Positions 11,347 through 23,531 of a stretch of 64,000 bases of DNA are shown here, in pieces. The translations under genes were made by a program, and so were the position numbers. The notes beneath the pieces are model-generated. The model was not told where the DNA came from, made no database searches, and saw nothing but the letters and a program-made list of their open reading frames with translations. Numbering within the stretch: the stretch's first letter is position 1; each line of letters opens with the position of its first letter. Source of the DNA: Protoeuglena noctilucae (taxonomy: Eukaryota); NCBI GenBank assembly GCA_958009085.1, contig OY253668.1, positions 1,612,001 through 1,676,000 on the forward strand. The letters run 5' to 3'.

Positions 11347-14300
11347 ATGATATCCGTTCGCCCGCTGGAGAGGGCGTCGGCCGGCCAGCCGGGCGCGTCG
11401 ATGCCGGTCCAGGGACTCCCCAACAAGCCAGGGCGTCATCGTCGCGACGGCCCCCCTCGGGGGACTCGGCTGCCGGCAGGTGAGGCGATGAAGGCTCGAA
11501 GCTTCACTCGCGCCTCGCAGCGCCCGCCAGGGGCCAGCGCGGTGCGGGAGGTCGGGCTTTGTGGGGCGCATGCGCGTTGGGCCCCGCCCTGGTCGGCGAG
11601 GCCGTCTCAGCGCTTTCCAACCGTCGCGATTTCTTTTTCTGTCTTTTGTTGCGCGATGGCGGGCGCGGCGGTGCGCGGCGGGCGCTGTCGTGGGCGATGA
11701 TGACCCCGTCATCGTGGGGCTCCCGCGGAGCATCGCCCGCGACCAGCGACGCCGGCGCCGGAATGAGCCGCCCGCCCCCTCCGACCGCCGCAGTACCATC
11801 CTGGGACAAGCTGGCCGACGCCACGGAGGTCTGGCGCGCGCGGGCCGCGGCGCCAGCAGGGCCAAGTGCAGCGCCTCCCGCTGGGCGGTTTGCCGGCGAG
11901 CGCCCGCCGTCGCCGCCCCGAGGATCGCACACGCGGCGCGCGGCGCATCATCCGTCCGCTCCAGCGACCTCGCACATCGCGATGGCCGGCCGCGATCCGG
12001 CCTACTCCCACCCGGGGGTGGCCCCGGAAGATGGGGCGGTGGTGTCCAAGCCGCTCCCCGTGCAGTCCGCCAAGTCGTCTCCTGCGCGGCGCCCAGGCGC
12101 TGAGGGTCAGTGCCGCGTCTGCTTCAACCTGCAGTACCAAGTGCAGTGGGGGCAGAGGGTCCGGGTCATCGGTGGCCCGGCGGCGCTGGGCGGGTGGGAC
12201 CCCCACGGCGGCCTCGACATGCACTGGGCTCCCGGCGACAACTGGACCGTGGAGGCCAAGGTGAAGGGGCTTTCTCGGTGGCGTGCGTCCGCGAGCCCGC
12301 GGATAATGCAGACGGGTCGCAGGCGTGACTTCACTTCACGTCACGCAGATTGCTCAGCGCTTGCCGCCTGGTGCCCGCAGCTGCCTGCCGGGGGCGTGGT
12401 GGAGTACAAGTACTTAGTGATCAACGAGAAGTCGGGCCAACCGACCGCGTGGATGTCGGGGAACAACTGCGTGCTGGCCATTCGCGCCACCGAGACGGAG
12501 GTCGAGGTCTTTGACAACTGGGACGGCGCTCCGGGGGCCATGGTCGTGTCCGGCACGCAGCGGACGACGCGGGAGGACCGTCTGGAGAAGTGGGCCAACG
12601 AGATGGCGGACGCGTTCTTAGAGCAGCGCGCAGAGATCCGACGCAGCCGCGTGGAGTTGGCGTCGACTCAGGCGAGTGGTGGCTTGGGCTCCCCTTTGTC
12701 AAACGCGCGGCTGTGCTTGCTCGCACATCGCGACTCTCCACGCTTGCGCTCGAGGAGGAGCCCCGGCGCGGCCTGTCGCGCAGCACAGGGTTTCCACACT
12801 GGGTCGAGCGATGGTGTCCCTCGCTGCATCACGCCAGCCTTTTTGGACCTTGTAAAAGCGCGATTTCCTCATGTTTGGTCCCTCTTTCTTCGCTCGTTGC
12901 AGGAGGAGCTGCGGCGCGCGCAGATGGAGATGGCCCAGATGAAGTCGGAGCTGGCGCTCGAGCGCGGGCTTCGCGAGGCTGCGGACCGCAACCTGGCGAC
13001 GTTACGGTTGCAGTACGAGGACCTCCAAACGTCGATGGAGATGGTGGTGTCGCGGCAGGACGGGTCCGTGGCGGCGGCGCGGGAGGTGTTGGCCGAGATG
13101 GAGGACATGGACGCTGCGCCCTCCGGTGGGGCGGGCGACCTGGTGGGCCTGATGCGCGAGATGGAGGAGGAGGAGGAGGAGGAGGAGGAGGAGGAGGAGA
13201 TGATGGTAGCAAGGGTCGTTGCTGACGCTGAAGAGGTTGCGTACGAGGGCAGCATCGATGACAGGGCGGTGGAGCTGTTGGAGTCTCGCGCATCGTGGGA
13301 GAAGCGGGCGCGGGAAGAGCAAGCGAGGGAGGAGCAAGCGAGGGAGGAGCAAGCGAGGGAGGAGCAAGCCCGAGAGGAGCAAGCCCGAGAGGAGCAAGCA
13401 AGGGCGGAGCGTGCGCGGGAGGAGTCGGTGGTGGCGCCGGTGGCGGTGCCGGTGCCTGCTGCGGGAGGTCGCGGCGGGGTGGCTCGCCCTGGGCGGGCCG
13501 AGGAGGAGGCTGGCGCGGGTGGGGCGTGGGGCGCTGGCATCCGTGCGGGCGCCATGAGCATCCTCGCGCGGCTCAAGAAGGCCAACGAGGCGATGAAGCG
13601 AGACTCGCCTCTTGACGACGAGGACGACTTCGGCGGTCCAGTCGGGACTGCCGGGGTGGCTCCGAAGGGTGTCGGGAGCACCTACGGGGCAGCCGCAGCG
13701 CGCACCGACCTGGCTGGCAAGTCGGATGTCGGTGCGGAGGCGGAGTTGGGCAGCGAGGCGGAGGTGGGCAGGGAGGACGAGGCGGCGATGGAGCCTCTGG
13801 TGACGGCGGAGCAGGGGTCTGAGGCAGACGAGGCCGCGCCTGAGGCCGGGGCGCGGGAGAGCGACGAGTGGGACGAGGCGGCGGAGGCCTTCATGACGGA
13901 CGTGCTGGAGGTGTACGCGGAGGCGGCGGACGATGACCAGGGCGGCGAGGGTGACCCGTACGTCGATGACGAGTCGGCGGGTCGCAAGGGCGATGCCGAG
14001 CTGGTGACTTCGGGATCGACGCAGCCCCTCGGTGAAGAGGAAGAGGAGGAGCTGCTCTGGGAACGGAGCCTGGGTTCTGCGGGGCAGCGGTCCGGGGCGC
14101 CGCACGAGGGCGACGGGGGGGGTGCGCCGGTGCGGCCGGGGGGTGGTGCCGTGGGTGGGCCCCGCCACGAGGACCGCGGAATGGTGGAGTCTGCGGTGCG
14201 GGCGGAGGCGTGGACGTCGAGGGGGGGGACTGGGGCCGGGGCTGACGCCGCGTGGGTGGAGCAAAGGGCGGCTGGCGGGGCGGGGCAATGGCGCGCGGAG

Positions 14301-15410
14301 GCAAGGGGCAGCAGCGAGGGTGCCGCCACGTTCGGCAGGCCCGCTGATTCCGGTAGCTGGGCGAGTGGCGTGCGGGACAGCGGGGTGGCCCAGCCGGCCC
14401 ATGCACCGTCCACCCGCGCGGAGTCGTCCGAGGGACTGGGGATGCCCCGCGGAGGCCCGGTGGGTCACAGCGCCGCGCCGGGGTCGCGCGACGGCACCGG
14501 TATGCACGGCGGCGGCGGCACGGTCGGGGGTTGGCCCGTTATCTCAGCCAACCCCGCCGGTCCGTCCTCCCCTTTGGTCAGCAAGATGACGGGGCTGGGC
14601 GGTGGCTCCCGCGCGGCGCCCACCCGGCCGCAAGCGGTGGCGGCTGCCGCGGCGGTCTTTGCTCCGCAACAGGTGGCAACGGAGACGGCCACCCTCCCCA
14701 GGCCGGCGGCGGTGGGGCTGCAAGCACCTCCGACAGGCCGGGTGGACCCGCCGGCTGCAGCGACCGAGGCGAAGCTGCTGCCCAAGACCTATGGCACTCA
14801 CAGCGTACCAGCAGCCCTGTCGGCAGCTGCCACCCTCCCTGCCGGGGCTTCGGTGGCGAGCACTCCGCAGGCGGCGGCGTCGACCAAGGCCCGTCAAGCA
14901 GCGCCCAAGGCGTCGACCGACGCGAGCGCCCAGCCTCGGGCTACGGCGCACGGCGCGCATGTGTCGGGCGGCGCCACGGCTTCTACGGTCGGCTCTCCCA
15001 CCACACCCACGAGAGCGCCGGCCCCGGCACCGCAAGTCGGGCAAGCGCAGCCGAGCTGGCCGGCCCGGCCGGGGCACGCGCCCCCTTCTCAGCCGGTCGT
15101 CTCGTCGTCCTCGGCGCCTTCCGCAGATAAGGGCAGCGCCAGCCAGCGTCGGCCCCTGCCGGCGACCCCCGCTCCATCTGCGGGCAGCCGACCGGCGCAG
15201 GCAGCACCTGCGGCCCAGCCGCGCGACCCTCAGCCGCGTGCCACGGGCCGGCCGGCGCCGGGCAGCCGCGCTGCAGCCCTGGAGAGGCTTTTGTCGGCAG
15301 CCAAGGACAAGCCCTTGAGGCGGGATGGGGGCGGGGTTGCGGACTTTGTCGGGGGGGTGTGGGAGGGGACGATGGGCGGCAAGCCGCGTGTGAACGGGCC
15401 GCTGTCGTAG
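11347..15410 (+). CDS. CBM20 starch-binding domain protein with coiled coil and long acidic then Ala/Pro-rich low-complexity tail
   Basis: CRVCFNLQYQVQWGQRVRVIGG..LGGWD..MHWAPGDNWT|LPAGGVVEYKYLV..W.SGNN is a CBM20. A heptad region follows. Start inferred from a phase-compatible upstream exon (intron 11480-11793). Confidence 0.8.
13164..13199 (+). repeat. (GAG)12 coding microsatellite (poly-Glu)
   Basis: Twelve perfect GAG codons seen directly. Confidence 0.95.
13314..13403 (+). repeat. 15-bp coding tandem repeat x6, (EEQAR)6
   Basis: GA(A/G)GAGCAAGCN(A/C)G(G/A) units repeated six times. Confidence 0.95.
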
Positions 15411-15954
15411 GGCGTCGTAGGGAGGGCAGAGAGACTGGCAGGGATGGGAGAGCTGGCAGGGATGGGAGAGCATGCTATGGGTCAGTGGGCCCTGGAGAGA
15501 CTGGTTTAGGACTTGTTTGGTCCCGTGTGGTTTGTTAGGGTCATTAGACTGTGTTACTGCCATGACTGGGCTGCGAGGAGTGCCGTGCAGCGGCCTGTTG
15601 CAATTCGCTTTTTGGCAGCGCCGCGAGTCGGCCATTGTCCGGCCTCCTGAGCAGCTTGCAAGCGTCTCCGTTTCCACTTTCCTCTTCTCTTTGCTTTGCT
15701 CCATTGCGTAGGCGCTTTGGATGCCGCGTTGCGACCCTGCACCGCACGTGACGCTCACCCGTGGGTGTCTTGGCAAGGGTCTTGAGCACTCCATGTGTCG
15801 ACGCACCTTTTGAACACGCCCTCGCTCAGAAACGCCCCGGCAATCGCTTTAAATCGTCACGGCCGGCCAGCCAGCCAGCCACGCAGGTCTGTGCGGCTCA
15901 CGTGCCGAAATGGGAAGCTGCAGTGGGCAGCTGCCATTGCCCTGCCATAGCCTG

Positions 15955-18900
15955 TCATGCCGCCCCTCGTGACAGCGCGGCCTTCCCGAGGAACAGATCG
16001 TACTGCAGCTGCCTGCCCGAGTCCTGGACGACGTTCTGGAAACGCCGCTGCACCGACAGCGCCATGTTGCCCAGTGAAGCTGTGACCTTGCCCTGGGGCT
16101 TGGTCCCGGCCAACAGGCCCAGGATCCCAGAGTGCATAGCGCGCGAACCCGTGTAGAACATGGCCTGCAAGTCGCCGTTGACCAGGAAGAGCTCGGCCAG
16201 GGCCGCTAGGATGTCCTGGCGAACCAACCGACGCACGCCAGCGACGCTCATCGCGTCTGGTGGCTCCTCGGGCCCAGGGCCCTGTGGGAGGAGGGACACG
16301 AGGTTGTGGTGAATACAGTGGACGCGGCAAATCTTAGGGTGCGCTTGCTTGCCAGAGGCTTGGAATGGAAGCTCGCATGCGCACGAGCCACTCGCCTCGT
16401 CGGCGCTGGCGGCCACGGGAGGCAACCAGCTCGTCGTCCGGGTGTTGTGGTCGATGTAAAAGGTCCGGCCAGTCGCGGGGTCCACGCGCGCCTCCCAGCC
16501 CTCCGGAAGGGCCCCCGGAGTAGCCCGGGCTGGGCTCCCGTTCCGACCCTGCGCCTGTGCTGGCGTCACTTGGGCCCCCCCGGCCGCCCCCAGAACGCTG
16601 CCAAACACCCCACGCAACCGTGCGTTCACCGACATAGGCGCCCCGTCCGCCCCTGGCCCCTGCCCCACCGCAGGCGAGCTGACGGACTTGTGCATGAAAC
16701 CCCGACCCTGCTGCGCACGGGAGGGACTCACGATGCATAGGCTGTATGTCATGCGACGCCAGCCATGGCTGCACTGGCGCAGGTGAGGCGACTGCTGCGC
16801 TACCTTGTCGCAGGCATGTCATAATGCGATGGGCATTGAGCACAAAACTGGGTGGCTTGGAATGAACTCCACTCGCCCGACAAGTGGTGCCGACAAGGGG
16901 CGCCTCACCTCCGGTGCTTTGACCTCGAGCCCCAGAGCGCCAGCCATCCACTGCAGCACCATGACGGAGCAGAAGTAGCTGGCGACGTTGGTGCGGTCCA
17001 AGGAGTCGGCGCAGTTGAACCGCACCAGCTGCAAACGACGGGTTGGACTTAAGATTCGTACGTTGCGTTGATTGGGTATCAGACAGAAACCCATGTCACG
17101 AGGGTGGCTAAGTCTTCTTCTCCCGAATGGACGACGGCATCGTTCGGCATGCCAGATACCCACGCCCCTAGGCCCCCGGCCGCTCACCTCCGCTTGCGCG
17201 CGGCTGAGCGACACGGCGCTCCCGTGCACGACACCGCAGCAGAAGCCCCCGCCCTGCAGCGTGGGCTGCACCAGGTGCCAGAACGCCTCCACGGCCGGCT
17301 CCTCGCCAATTGCCCGCACCGCCCCGTGCCAGTCAAAATCCGCCAGCCGCACCGGCACCCCGTGCGCGCGTGCCATCGACACTGCCGTCTGGAAGTGCTC
17401 CGTCAGCACCAGCTCGCTCTTGCCCGGAGCGCTCCGCAGCAAGTTGACGCAAGTGACGGGGCGCCGCCCCAACGCGGCAGGCGGCAGCCCGACGCTCGAC
17501 ACCCCGCCATCGCTGCCATCCTGCGGCACGTCCAGTCCCCACACGGCACCCCTCGCACCACCCGCTTGCGCACCGTTGCCCGCCACTCCACCCGCGCTGC
17601 TCTGCGACCCGGGCGCGCTCGGCACCGCAGCTGCGAGGTCCGCCAGGCCCAACAGCCCTGAGTCTGGCGCGGGGGCCTCTAGGGCGCTGGCGGGTGCGGA
17701 CCCTCTCCCGCCCCGGTCTGCCTCCGCCCCTCCCCCGCCACCGTCATCGTCCAGGCCAAGCAAGTCGCCCATGACGGGCTGCGAGTGCGGGCCCGAAACC
17801 GTGGCCAGAGGACTCCGGGGAGGGTTCGTGGCCGTGGCAGGGCGGGGCCCCTCCACTGACGCTGCAGGGCTCGGGGATGCGGCGCCCCGGGCGCTCGTGG
17901 CCGCCGCCCCCGTTAACGTGTTGGCCGAGATGCGCTCGAGATACTCCAGAGATCGGTCATACGGCCGCGTGGAGATGACGATCTCGGCCTCGCCCACCTT
18001 GTTCTGCGGTGTCGCAGGACGCATCGCAGTTAGTGGTGGGCGGTAGGTGCTATAAGAAGCGGGCTTGTAAAGCAATGAGCGCAACAGTTCGTGACTGCTG
18101 GGGGGCTTCGGCTGCGCTTCCAGCAGGGTTTGCGCCTCGCCTTGATCTCCGTGGACCAATGGATGGGGACCGTGCCTCGTCGCCAGAGCCACGAGGACCA
18201 CTTGCAGGGAGAGCCCTTGGTAGCGAGGACGAGCTCGCATTCCACCTCGTTGCCCGGCTGGCCCCGCTGGTCCAGGCCCCGGGCGTTGTACCGCGTGCCG
18301 GCATTCCATTGCGAGCGACGGGACAGGAGGACCAGGCTGCGGGCGACGGGCGGGCGAGGGCGTCGGCGACATTCGATAGCATCGCTACCGGGTTCTCCGA
18401 CGGCGCCTGTGGTGGCAGCTGCAACGGTGCTGTCGTGCACACTCGGTCGGCGCTCGCCTGAAGGCCCTGCCGCCGGCGTCCAGAAGGTCCTGCTGCGACG
18501 CGAGGCCTTGTATGAGGACAGGGCATGCGCGGTCCCGAACGCCCACACGGTGCAGGGGGGCGGTGAGGTAGGCGTTCCACCAAAACTCCGGCGAGGGTTT
18601 GGAGTCGAGGAGCGAGCCGGGCAGGCCCCGCGTGAGGTCCGCCGTGAGGCAGTAGTAGTGGCCGCCCTGCACGGGGAATTCCTGCAGGAGCTGCACCCGC
18701 CGCGGGTCGACCTGGTCGGCCGGTGGACCCGTGACAGCGCCCGGGCCTCCTGCCAGCAGAGTGACCCACTGGGACTCCGCGACCGTCAGGACCTGGTGGC
18801 CGCCGGGGAGTTCCGCGGTCGTAGAGACGCGCGTGGCGAGGAGGACGGACGCGAAGCCCGGGCCGTGAATCCAGCCGAGCAGGGCCACGCCCGTCGCGAC

Positions 18901-19401
18901 CTCCGAAGGCGCGCCCATCGAGCTCAGGAACGCAAAGGCCTGGTCCTCGTTGGAGAAAACGTGCTTCCCGCGCGCATCCTCGCGGAACTGCGGCGCCCCG
19001 GTCTGCGGGAAGGGAGCCGCACGGGGCTGATGTGCGTGACACGGCGCCGAGCCTCGCTGCGCGGCCGCCGAGGAGCGCGCGAGACGTGAGACGCAATCGG
19101 CAGCGAAGTTACATCCTAATCCATCGAATGTCAGCCACAGAATCACCTGCAGATCGGCGCTGATCAGGAACACGGCATCCCTAGCCAGCGAGGTCACGAG
19201 CACGAAAAGGTACCCCTGGCCGCCCTGCGGACGCGAGGGGGGCTTGCAGAACCTGGCATTGGATACCAAACAAGCTCATCCATGCCATGACTTCCTCCAC
19301 GGTCCTTCAGAGCGAGCCGGTGGGCTCCAGTGCCATGCAAAATCAGCCCGGCTCCTCACCCCGCCCTTGCCCCCGATGCCAACGACCCGGACCCCACTCA
19401 T
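15955..19401 (-). CDS. SAC9: SAC9-like phosphoinositide phosphatase with WW domain
   Basis: EFWWNAYL, LVLLSRRS..AGTRYNARGL..PGNEVECE, WRRGTVPIHW, catalytic RFNCADSLDRTN, WW domain LPEGWEARVDPATGRTFYIDHNTRTTSWLPP, YTGSRAMHS. Three GC-AG introns. Confidence 0.9.
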
Positions 19402-19773
19402 GACCACGGCAAGCGTTTCCCAGAAGCGGCGACCCCTCCGGTGACTCTGGCGCGCCGCGCCCTCGCTCTCCACCCAACCAGCGCAGCGTCCACGCTGCAG
19501 ACCGCAGGGAAAGGCACGCGGACACGGCCTCTTGCTCTTGAGTCAACGGTGTGCAGGATATCCAGCCCATCATGCGAATTCGACCTGGAAATGCTTTGGA
19601 CTGGCAACCATGATGCCAGACCTCACCACGCAGTCCCCCTCAAGCACATCAGGGCCACGCGAGAACGACAGAAGATATAAGCGGTGGGGGTCTGCTGGCT
19701 GGTAGGGCTATCCACTGCTGCTGCTGCTGCTCGGTTTGGCACCACGCGACAAATCTACCGGCCGTGAGCCACG

Positions 19774-20379
19774 ATGTTTGCCTGCGCCCCGGCGTTGATC
19801 ACTGCGCCATCGCGCGTGCAGAGCCACAGCCATCGCGCCCCTCAATTTCGCCGAATGACCGTGGTTCGCGCTGAGAGGTGAGCGCAACGCCCATGTGGCC
19901 CGAGCTTCACATCAGGACCCGATGATGCGCTGCGGATGACCGGCAGACACAGCTCTTAAGGCGTGTTCTTCGAGCGTGTTTCGGCGAACGGGCTGGATGG
20001 CCACACATGCATCCCTGCACTCCATCCATCCACCCGCGCAGCTCCCCCGCGGCTGGCCAGGCCGAGTCGGATCCGACGGTGTGCAAAACGTGCGGGGCAA
20101 AGCTTGCCGAGGCGCCGAAGGGCTGTGATGGCCAGGCGAGTTGCAGGCCAGCCTGTCCAGAGCTCTCTTTGCGCCCCTCCCCTTCAACCTCCATCTTCTC
20201 CCGTTCTTTCGCAGGGCCGGGTTGCGGGGGGCATGGGCGCGTTCGTGGATTGGTGGCCCATCAAGGCCTACCGAGAATGCCCGGCGCTGACGGCATCCGG
20301 CCGGTCCTACTCGCGCAAGGGGCAGATCACCGACGAGATGCTGTTCGGCAGGAACGAGGGCGGCAAAACGAAGTTCTGA
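19774..20379 (+). CDS. Small uncharacterised plastid-targeted Cys-containing protein (CxxC..CDG..WWPIKAYRxCP), 3 exons
   Basis: MFACAPAL...VVRAE transit peptide | ...VCKTCGAKLAEAPKGCDGQ | GRVAGGMGAFVDWWPIKAYRECPALTASGRSYSRKGQ. Not present as a single ORF in the supplied track. Confidence 0.8.
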
Positions 20380-20403
20380 CAACCCAGACCGCGATACTCT
20401 TCT

Positions 20404-21715
20404 TTACTCGCCCTTGAGCAGGTGCAGCAGCCTTGAAGAGACCGCCTCGCGTCCCCGCCCGTCCCCTTTCGCGGGCCGCTGCCCATGCGTGCGCATCCTC
20501 TTGGCGCCTTCCCCGGCGCTCTCCTTGCTGGCCGCCGCCTGCGCGCGCAAGGAACGGAGCACGCGCTCGCCCAGGGCAGTTCGCGAAGCCATGGCGTGCA
20601 AACTGCTGCAGCAGGCCTGCACAGCTCTGGCACCTGAGTGCTCTCCTTGCCCTCCCCGGTAGCCCCGCTCTCCTCAGCTGCTTTGCGCTTCTTCGCCCTC
20701 CGCTCCTCCATCGCCTTGACCGCCTTGCTGCGAGAGCAAGCAGGTCCCGTCGGGTTGTGATTCATAGCGACGCACACTATGCTTTTGGGCCACAAAGTCA
20801 TGGCCTCGGTATCCAGCCAAAACATTCTCAATCTCCAGCCGCATACCCACCTCTGTGCCACTTGCTGAAGGTAGAAATCGCGCTCTCGCTTGGCCTGGGA
20901 GATCTCAATCGCCATCTTCTGCTCCCGGACCTTGCGCTTGTACATGGCCTCCTCCGTCAGGTAGTCCCACTTGAACTTGGGCAGGTACTGAGGGCCGAGA
21001 GGGGCGCTTGGTGTGTGTGAAGCGGACAGGAGCGCCTACGACATCCTGCCGCCTCCTGCCACCGCGCGCTGGACGCAGCCACGCCGCACCTTTATCGACC
21101 AGAGGTCAGAGTAGTGGGAACTGCGCTTTTTGCCGCCCATGGGCTGGTTGTTGAGCATCGCGGCGACGTCCTTCGCCACGGTCTTGTCCAGGAACTCGAC
21201 CCAGCCCTCGCTGCAGCGACGCCGGGCAGCGGCACGGCGTGACGGCGGGAGGCAGGGGCGCAAGACGTCCTCGTCAACATCCGCAGCTGGCTTTCTCACC
21301 TGAACTGCGGCCCGGAGCTCTTCTTCGCAGCCTTCTTCCGCGGGTCCTCCTCCTGAGGCGCGAGATACACGCGCCCAATCTCCCCGTACGGCTCCAACAA
21401 CGACCGAAGCTTCCGCGGCTTCATTTTCGGCGGAATGCGCGAGATATACACGACGCCCTTGCGCTTCTCCTTCTCCTTGAGCTTCAGCAGCTTCTGCACG
21501 CCAAGCGGCGGTCGGAGCGGCCGTTGAAGTCGCGTGCGACGGAACAATATCACTTGGGAGTCATCATAGCTCAGCTGCACCCGCGCGAGAGTTCCCCACG
21601 CCAACCACACCTCTCGCATCCGCCCGAAGCCCTCCGTAGACGCCGAAGCGTCCGCGTGTGACGCGCCCTGCTCGCCAGGGTCGCGCCCGTCGTCCCTCGC
21701 AGAGTCTGACGACAT
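20404..21715 (-). CDS. ESF2: Pre-rRNA processing protein ESF2/ABT1 (RRM)
   Basis: GVVYISRIPP.MKP.KLR, IGRVYLAP, EGWVEF, LNNQPMGGKKRS..DLWSIKYLPKFKWDYLTE, EISQAKRERDFY. Confidence 0.93.
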
Positions 21716-22021
21716 GACGCGAGCCGTTGAAAGGAGGAGATGCTCAGAGAAGCATACACTGAAGGCGGACAGACTTCCACAATCCAATGGCAGCGCCGCT
21801 GCCCGCAAATTTGGAATGGTACGTACGCGGCGAAGACGCGGTTGTCATGACGGACACGATGGCTGGCAGGAAACGCAGGCACTGGCACCGGCGTCGGTGG
21901 GGCAGAGGGGGCCATGGGACCTGGAAGGAGGAATGCCAAGCAGACTTGTCTGCCTCGCCCGGAATCAGCGCGCGTGGCAGCTGGGGAGGGCGAATGACTG
22001 GTTAATTGAAGCCCTTGTCGC

Positions 22022-23082
22022 TCACGGGCCACATGCCTTGCTGAGGATGCGGTAGTCGACGGTGGAGCTGGGGTCACAGAGACGCGGGTCTGCGACGACA
22101 GACAGTCCGGTATGTACAATACCCAAGCCATGAACTGCCCCGCGACCATCGAAGAAATCTGTCCCGGCGCACCTGTCCTGTCGGGGACGTACCCCCTCGC
22201 AGCATAGAAGCGCCCCGCCGCCTCGTTGCTCAAATGCACCGTCAGCACCACGCGATCCATGCTGCTCTGTTTCGCCAGCTCCTCGCACGCGTCCATCATC
22301 GCCTTCCCCAGACCCTTGCCACGTGCCCCTGCCGCCACCTACGGGAGCGGTTGCGCGGGAGCTCCGGCCCCATCCCAGGCCCGCTTTCCTAAAGCGGGTG
22401 CCGCGAAAGCATGAGGTGCCTCGCCTGGATCTCGTACACGTACAGGACGGGGTCGTTGTCGTCCTCCAGGAATCGATACTGAACGAATCCTAGCAAGGCT
22501 GGGACAGACGAACCCTCCCCAAGCTCCGCGGCAGTCCCGGCGCCCTGCCGCAGGATAATGTACCGAGCGTCCTTGTGCGCCATCTCCTTCTCTTTCTGTT
22601 GCTTCTCGTCCTCCCATCTCCCGGGATAGTGCTGCGTGCAAGCAGGAAGGCCCGTCTCATCGCAAAGGGGGCACTTCCTTTGCTCGACCCGAGGGCTGCG
22701 TCGCCGGCTCCCAACGCCGGCAGCTCACATATGACGGATGCAAGCGGAGACAACGGGCGCCTCACCTCGGCCATGTTGGCTTCGAGCAGAGCCATGATCT
22801 GTTGGCAGCAGTCCTGCGACAGCTGCTTCGGGTCTCCGACCCAGGTGACCTCCAAGCCCTGGAAACTGCAGGTGGATAGCAGCGACATGGTTGGTTGCAT
22901 CTGGGATAGCACCGTGCATCGCCAGTCGCTCGCGGCGGGCAGAGTGAGCGTACGCACGCGGCAGGCACCGCCAGCGCGGCGACGAGCCCCTGGCAATCCT
23001 CGTAGGCCTTCCCGACTAGAAATTTCGCTCGCTTTAGCCGAATGCGATCGGCATCCCCCGGGCGCCGGCGCGCCTTCGCCAT
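22022..23082 (-). CDS. NAA40: N-alpha-acetyltransferase 40 (NatD, GNAT)
   Basis: LLEANM..HY..W..K.KEM..DARYII, GFVQYRF..VLYVYEIQV..RGKGLGK.MM, VLTVHLSNEAA.RFY, YRILSK. Confidence 0.88.
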
Positions 23083-23531
23083 GGCGCCCCGGGGCGGAGC
23101 GGCCACACCCCTACGATGCAAGCGAGCGATGCACAGAGGGTATAGGCCGGCTGCCGCATCCATAGTTACAGCGCTGTCGTGGCTAAATGGCCTTTTCGCC
23201 AAAGATGATGACGCGCAGGGACTCGGCTGGCGTCGTACTGGGGGCTGCCCTGCCGGTGCCGTAACTTCAAATCGCTGCGCCCGCGCTGGGATAAACGACA
23301 CGCTGACTTTTTGGGCATCATAAGAGCGTGCATCTGACCCCTGCTTCCTCGCACCCTGCTTTCGGCATCCTGCGCTTGGTCCTGCGCGTGCTTGCCCGGT
23401 CCCCGGCGCCCGACGCCTGCCTGTGAAACATACTTGTGCGCTTTCAGCGACCCGTGAAGTGCAAGCCCAGGCCGGGCGGGGGGCGCAGGCGGGCGGAGTT
23501 GCACAGGGGGGATTGAGAGGGCCGGCGAGCG

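Noticed and set aside
15432..15471. 18-bp direct repeat ctggcagggatgggagag x2
   Set aside because: A simple tandem duplication in a 3' UTR with no spacers or cas genes, so not CRISPR or a mobile element.
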